36,183 bases of DNA from Hadesarchaea archaeon DG-33 (GTDB lineage: Archaea; Hadarchaeota; Hadarchaeia; Hadarchaeales; Hadarchaeaceae): the NCBI GenBank assembly GCA_001515185.1, contig LQHI01000062.1:1-36183 (forward strand), in the 5' to 3' direction. The position numbers were made by a program, and so were the translations under genes. Of the stretch, positions 32,803 through 36,183 are shown piece by piece. How positions within the stretch are numbered: position 1 is the stretch's first letter; every line of letters begins with the position of its first letter. The notes under the pieces are model-generated. The model did not search any database, was not told the origin of the DNA, and worked only from the letters and a program-made list of their open reading frames with translations.

Positions 32803-35800
32803 AAATCGGCGTCTATATCTGTCATTGCGGGACCAACATTGCGAAGACCGTGGATGTCGAAAAAGTCGCTGGTACCGTAGGAAAGCATCCAAGAGTGAAA
32901 GTCTCTAAACACTACGAATACATGTGCTCAGAACCCGGCCAGCAATTAATCAAAGACGATATTCGCAGGGAGAAGTTAGACAGAATAGTAGTGGCATCTT
33001 GTTCGCCCAGAATGCATGAGCCTACTTTTCGCAACGTCGTCGAAGAAGCGGGGTTGAACCCTTACTGTTTCGAGATGGTGAATATAAGAGAACAATGCTC
33101 GTGGGTTCATGAAGAAAAAGAAGAAGCTACGAGAAAAGCGCTGGAACTCATCCTAGCAGGTGTAAGCAGAGCTGTAGAGCTCGAAAGCTTGGAAAGAAAA
33201 GAAATTTCCGTGATACCCCAGGCCGCCGTAATAGGCGGAGGCATAGCCGGGATGCAAGCTGCCCTCGACATCGCGGACAGGGGCTTCAAAGTATACCTCG
33301 TGGAGCGCTCACCCTCCATCGGGGGAAGGATGGCCCAACTTGACAAAACCTTTCCAACCCTAGATTGCTCTGCGTGCATCCTTACCCCCAAGATGGTAGA
33401 TGTAAAATGGCATCCAAACATAGAGCTCCTGACTTATTCAGAGGTCGAGGGCGTCGAGGGTTATGTAGGTAACTTTAGAGTAAAAGTAAAGAAAAAGCCT
33501 AGATATGTGGACCTAGAAAAGTGTACTGGATGTGGAGAATGCACCGACGTATGCTCTGTGGAACTGCCAAACGAGTTTGATTTTGGGCTCAGCAGCAGAA
33601 AAGCGATTTACATGCCATTTCCACAAGCAGTCCCGCCTAAATATACTATCGATAAACGGGGATTGCAGCCATGTAGAGACGCGTGCCCTGCAGGTGTCGG
33701 CGCACCTGGTTACGTAATGCTCGCCAGCCGCGGTAAATTCTATGAAGCACTTCAGGTTATAAAAGAGAAACTTCCGTTTCCATCTATATGCGGTAGGGTT
33801 TGTCACAGACCTTGCGAAAAGGCATGTACAAGAAAGGATATAGATGAGCCACTAGGTATAGCACATATTAAACGTTTTGTCGGAGATTTAGAGCTCAAGA
33901 GCCCTGCTGCAGAATTTCCGCCTATAAAAACGAGGGCAGAAAATGTGGCTATAGTCGGAGGAGGACCTGCTGGCTTAACTGCTGCTCATGACCTTGCTAT
34001 GAAAGGATACCATATAACAATATATGAAAGTGCGCCCGTGCTTGGCGGTATGATGCGGTTTGGTATTCCTACTTTTAGACTGCCGAAAGAAATTCTTGAA
34101 AGAGAGATATCTGACATTCTTGCGCTAAGAGTTAAAGTGCATCTGAACACGACGATAGGCAAAAATTTGACTATAAAGGGCTTATTCGACCGTGGTTATA
34201 AAGCGATTTTTTTAGCTGTGGGCGCTCAAAAAGGTAGAAAAATGGATGTACCTGGCGAAGAACTTGAAGGTGTACTCCAAGCTACTGAGTTCTTGAAAGA
34301 GCTGAATTTAGGTGAGACTCCTAAACTAGGCGATAAGGTAATTGTCGTTGGTGGAGGTAATGCAGCATTAGACACAGCACGTTCTGCTTTGAGGTTAGGT
34401 GCTAAGGAAGTTATCATAATGTATCGCAGATCTCGTGTAGAAATGCCTGCAGAACCTGAATGGGAAATTGACGAGACAAAGCGCGAAGGCGTGAAATTCG
34501 TCTATCTTACCACACCAACAAAAGTCATAGGTGAAAACGAGCATATCAAAGCAATTGAATGCGTCAAGATGAAATTGACAGAGCCTGATGAAACTGGTAG
34601 AAGAAAAGTTAGACCTATCCCTGGCTCTGAGTTTATGATGGAAGCGGATAGCCTGATATTAGCTATCGGGCAGGAAGTGGATTTGAGTTTCTTAACCAAG
34701 GATATCAATTTAGAATGTAATCCTTGGAGGACTGTCAAGGTTGACCCTGTATCGTTAGCAACCAATATAGAAGGCGTTTTTTGTGGCGGCGATGCTGTGT
34801 TAGGTGCTGGGACTGTTATAGAAGCAATTGCTGCTGGAAAAGAAGCTGCAATTTCCATTGATAGATACATCAATGGGAAAAACCTGAAAGAAGGCCGTGG
34901 GATAAAACCAAAAATCGCTGAGGTGTCATTAGAAGGTGTTAAAAAGGAACGCAAAGTGCCCATGCGATATCTGCCGATTGAGGAGAGGAAAAACAACTTT
35001 CGAGAAGTCGAGTTGGGTTATACTGAAGAAGAAGTGATTAAAGAAGCAAAACGGTGTTTGCAGTGTGGCGGATGTTCCGAGTGTCTTGAATGTGAAAAAG
35101 CATGTGAGGCCAAAGCCATTGTTCATAATCAAAAAGAGGAATCAATCGAACTCGAGGTTGGCGCTATAGTCGTGGCCACAGGCTTCGATCAATTCGATTC
35201 TTCCAAGCTCCCCGAGTATGGCTACGGGAAATATTCGGAAGTCATCACGGGGCTTGAGTTCGAGAGACTTAGCTCGGCTTCCGGCCCGACCAACGGAAAA
35301 ATCGAAATAAACGGGAAGGAGCCGAAGCGGGTGGCATTCATCTCCTGTGTTGGGAGCAGGAAGAAAGAGACGAATCCCTATTGCTCACGGGTCTGCTGCA
35401 TGTACACGGCCAAGCAGGCTCACTTAGTCAGGGAAAAGCTTCCCGAAGCCGAAGTGACTGTATACTACACGGATGCCAGAACTTTCGGCAAGGGGTACGA
35501 GGAGTTCTACGATCGGGTCAAGGCCGAGGGAGTGAAGTACAAGCGCAGGGAGCTGGACGACGAGATAATAGTCAGCAAAAAGAGCGATAGACTCGTGGTC
35601 GAAGCAAAACCCTACAAGCCCGAGGAAGTGGATCTCGTGGTGTTAGCCAGCGCTATAGTCCCCAGCTCTGGATCCTCTGAGCTAGCCAGGATCTTGAACA
35701 TCAGCCAAGGCCCTGATGGCTTCTTCCTCGAGGCCCACCCAAAGCTGAGGCCGGTGAATACCTTTAGCGACGGAATCTTCCTAGCCGGCTGTGCCCAATC

Positions 35801-36146
35801 GCCCAAGGACATCCCCGACACGGTAGCACAAGCATCAGCGAGCGCAGCTGAGGTTTGCTCTTTGTTAACAAAAGGCACGGTGGTGGCCGAAGGAATTGTA
35901 GCCTCGGTCGATGAGAATTTGTGCGCTGGTTGCGGTTTCTGTGCCGAGGTTTGTCCCATAGATGCAATAGAACTCGAGACGGTAGAGAGGAAAGGGTCAA
36001 TATCAAAAATAGCCAAGGTAAATGAAGCGCTATGTAAAGGTTGTGGCATATGCTCCGCAGCCTGTCTTTCGGGAGCCATCCAACAGCGCCACTTTGAAGA
36101 CAAACAAGTATTGCCCTTGATCGATGCGTTGGGTGAGCAAAGTTGA
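32799..36146 (+). CDS. hdrA: HdrA paralog (1115 aa) with a nested GltD/NfnB-like NAD(P)H-dependent FAD oxidoreductase module in its inserted-ferredoxin domain
   Basis: Residues 1-287 and 753-1115 are collinear with and highly similar to the upstream HdrA. Residues about 288-752 carry GltD/NfnB signatures: PCRDACPAG...LPFPSICGRVCHRPCEKAC, VAIVGGGPAGLTAAHDL, VIVVGGGNAALDTARSALRLGAKEVIIMYRRS, FCGGDAV.GAGTVIEAIAAGKEAA and RKNNFREVELGYTEEEVIKEAKRCLQC. ATGA overlap with hdrA1. Confidence 0.88.
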   Translation: MKIGVYICHCGTNIAKTVDVEKVAGTVGKHPRVKVSKHYEYMCSEPGQQLIKDDIRREKLDRIVVASCSPRMHEPTFRNVVEEAGLNPYCFEMVNIREQCSWVHEEKEEATRKALELILAGVSRAVELESLERKEISVIPQAAVIGGGIAGMQAALDIADRGFKVYLVERSPSIGGRMAQLDKTFPTLDCSACILTPKMVDVKWHPNIELLTYSEVEGVEGYVGNFRVKVKKKPRYVDLEKCTGCGECTDVCSVELPNEFDFGLSSRKAIYMPFPQAVPPKYTIDKRGLQPCRDACPAGVGAPGYVMLASRGKFYEALQVIKEKLPFPSICGRVCHRPCEKACTRKDIDEPLGIAHIKRFVGDLELKSPAAEFPPIKTRAENVAIVGGGPAGLTAAHDLAMKGYHITIYESAPVLGGMMRFGIPTFRLPKEILEREISDILALRVKVHLNTTIGKNLTIKGLFDRGYKAIFLAVGAQKGRKMDVPGEELEGVLQATEFLKELNLGETPKLGDKVIVVGGGNAALDTARSALRLGAKEVIIMYRRSRVEMPAEPEWEIDETKREGVKFVYLTTPTKVIGENEHIKAIECVKMKLTEPDETGRRKVRPIPGSEFMMEADSLILAIGQEVDLSFLTKDINLECNPWRTVKVDPVSLATNIEGVFCGGDAVLGAGTVIEAIAAGKEAAISIDRYINGKNLKEGRGIKPKIAEVSLEGVKKERKVPMRYLPIEERKNNFREVELGYTEEEVIKEAKRCLQCGGCSECLECEKACEAKAIVHNQKEESIELEVGAIVVATGFDQFDSSKLPEYGYGKYSEVITGLEFERLSSASGPTNGKIEINGKEPKRVAFISCVGSRKKETNPYCSRVCCMYTAKQAHLVREKLPEAEVTVYYTDARTFGKGYEEFYDRVKAEGVKYKRRELDDEIIVSKKSDRLVVEAKPYKPEEVDLVVLASAIVPSSGSSELARILNISQGPDGFFLEAHPKLRPVNTFSDGIFLAGCAQSPKDIPDTVAQASASAAEVCSLLTKGTVVAEGIVASVDENLCAGCGFCAEVCPIDAIELETVERKGSISKIAKVNEALCKGCGICSAACLSGAIQQRHFEDKQVLPLIDALGEQS
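33294..33400 (+). repeat. Partner copy of 31354-31460
   Basis: Same alignment as above. Flanking paralogous sequence is clearly more diverged. Confidence 0.8.
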
Positions 36147-36183
36147 GCTGGGAACCTCGTATAGTGGGCTTCTTATGCAATTG
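36143..36183 (+). CDS. mvhD: Second MvhD-like hydrogenase iron-sulfur subunit, first 13 codons only (runs off the window)
   Basis: A TTG overlapping the hdrA2 stop (TTGA) opens M-SWEPRIVGFLCN(W), which parallels FEPKIIVFLCNFC of the MvhD at 27199. Very short, so tentative. Confidence 0.45.
   Translation, partial: MSWEPRIVGFLCN

Noticed and set aside
34502-36180. Minus-strand ORFs of 138-164 aa opposite hdrA2 (34502-34996, 35612-36103, 35764-36180), and similar ones opposite hdrA1 (32292-32699).
   Set aside because: Antisense shadows. The paired occurrence merely mirrors the hdrA paralogy.
1-36183. CRISPR arrays, rRNA genes, transposase/IS elements, integrases and toxin-antitoxin or other defence modules.
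   Set aside because: I saw no regularly spaced direct repeats, no rRNA-like conserved stretches, and no transposase, integrase or nuclease-NTPase defence signatures among the ORFs. The only mobile element supported is the porB intein.

Overview
The window is a compact, almost fully coding archaeal chromosome segment. The evidence for archaeal origin is SRP54, L21e-RpoF-DUF655, L40e, eS26, GGGP synthase, and TATA-like promoters with T-tract terminators. The eS26 gene points to a TACK-type lineage.

Left to right, the window holds:
- a partial trehalose-6-P synthase running off the 5' edge, missed by the ORF track
- MscS, the srp54-rpl21e-rpoF-DUF655 cluster, and TrkH
- several small conserved archaeal proteins (UPF0147, UPF0148, wHTH plus CPBP protease)
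- hypF and a four-subunit 2-oxoacid:ferredoxin oxidoreductase operon (porGDAB)
- eS26, GGGP synthase, L40e and NAD(P)HX dehydratase
- a translationally coupled lysine/DAP cluster (lysA-lysC-dapA-dapB...asd) interrupted by an AT-rich pyruvyl-transferase gene
- two membrane proteins flanking a 214-nt structured non-coding element
- sufCB
- a redox island: mvhD, a maturation protease, mvhA and mvhG ([NiFe] group-3c-like hydrogenase), then two tandem hdrA genes and a second mvhD running off the 3' edge

The most interesting observations are:
1. The second hdrA (1115 aa) carries a nested, apparently circularly permuted GltD/NfnB-like NAD(P)H:FAD module inside its inserted-ferredoxin domain. Together with Mvh and two MvhD copies this suggests an unusual flavin-based bifurcating complex linking H2, ferredoxin and NAD(P)H.
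2. A canonical 365-aa LAGLIDADG intein splits the TPP-binding motif of PorB.
3. An ORF-free, GC-rich, highly paired 214-nt RNA candidate has its own TATA box upstream of a membrane-protein gene and matches no RNA family I can recognise by eye.
4. The hdrA paralogs share near-identical nucleotide patches, suggesting gene conversion.

No CRISPR array, rRNA or convincing tRNA was seen. All family calls come from motif recognition by eye, with no database search.
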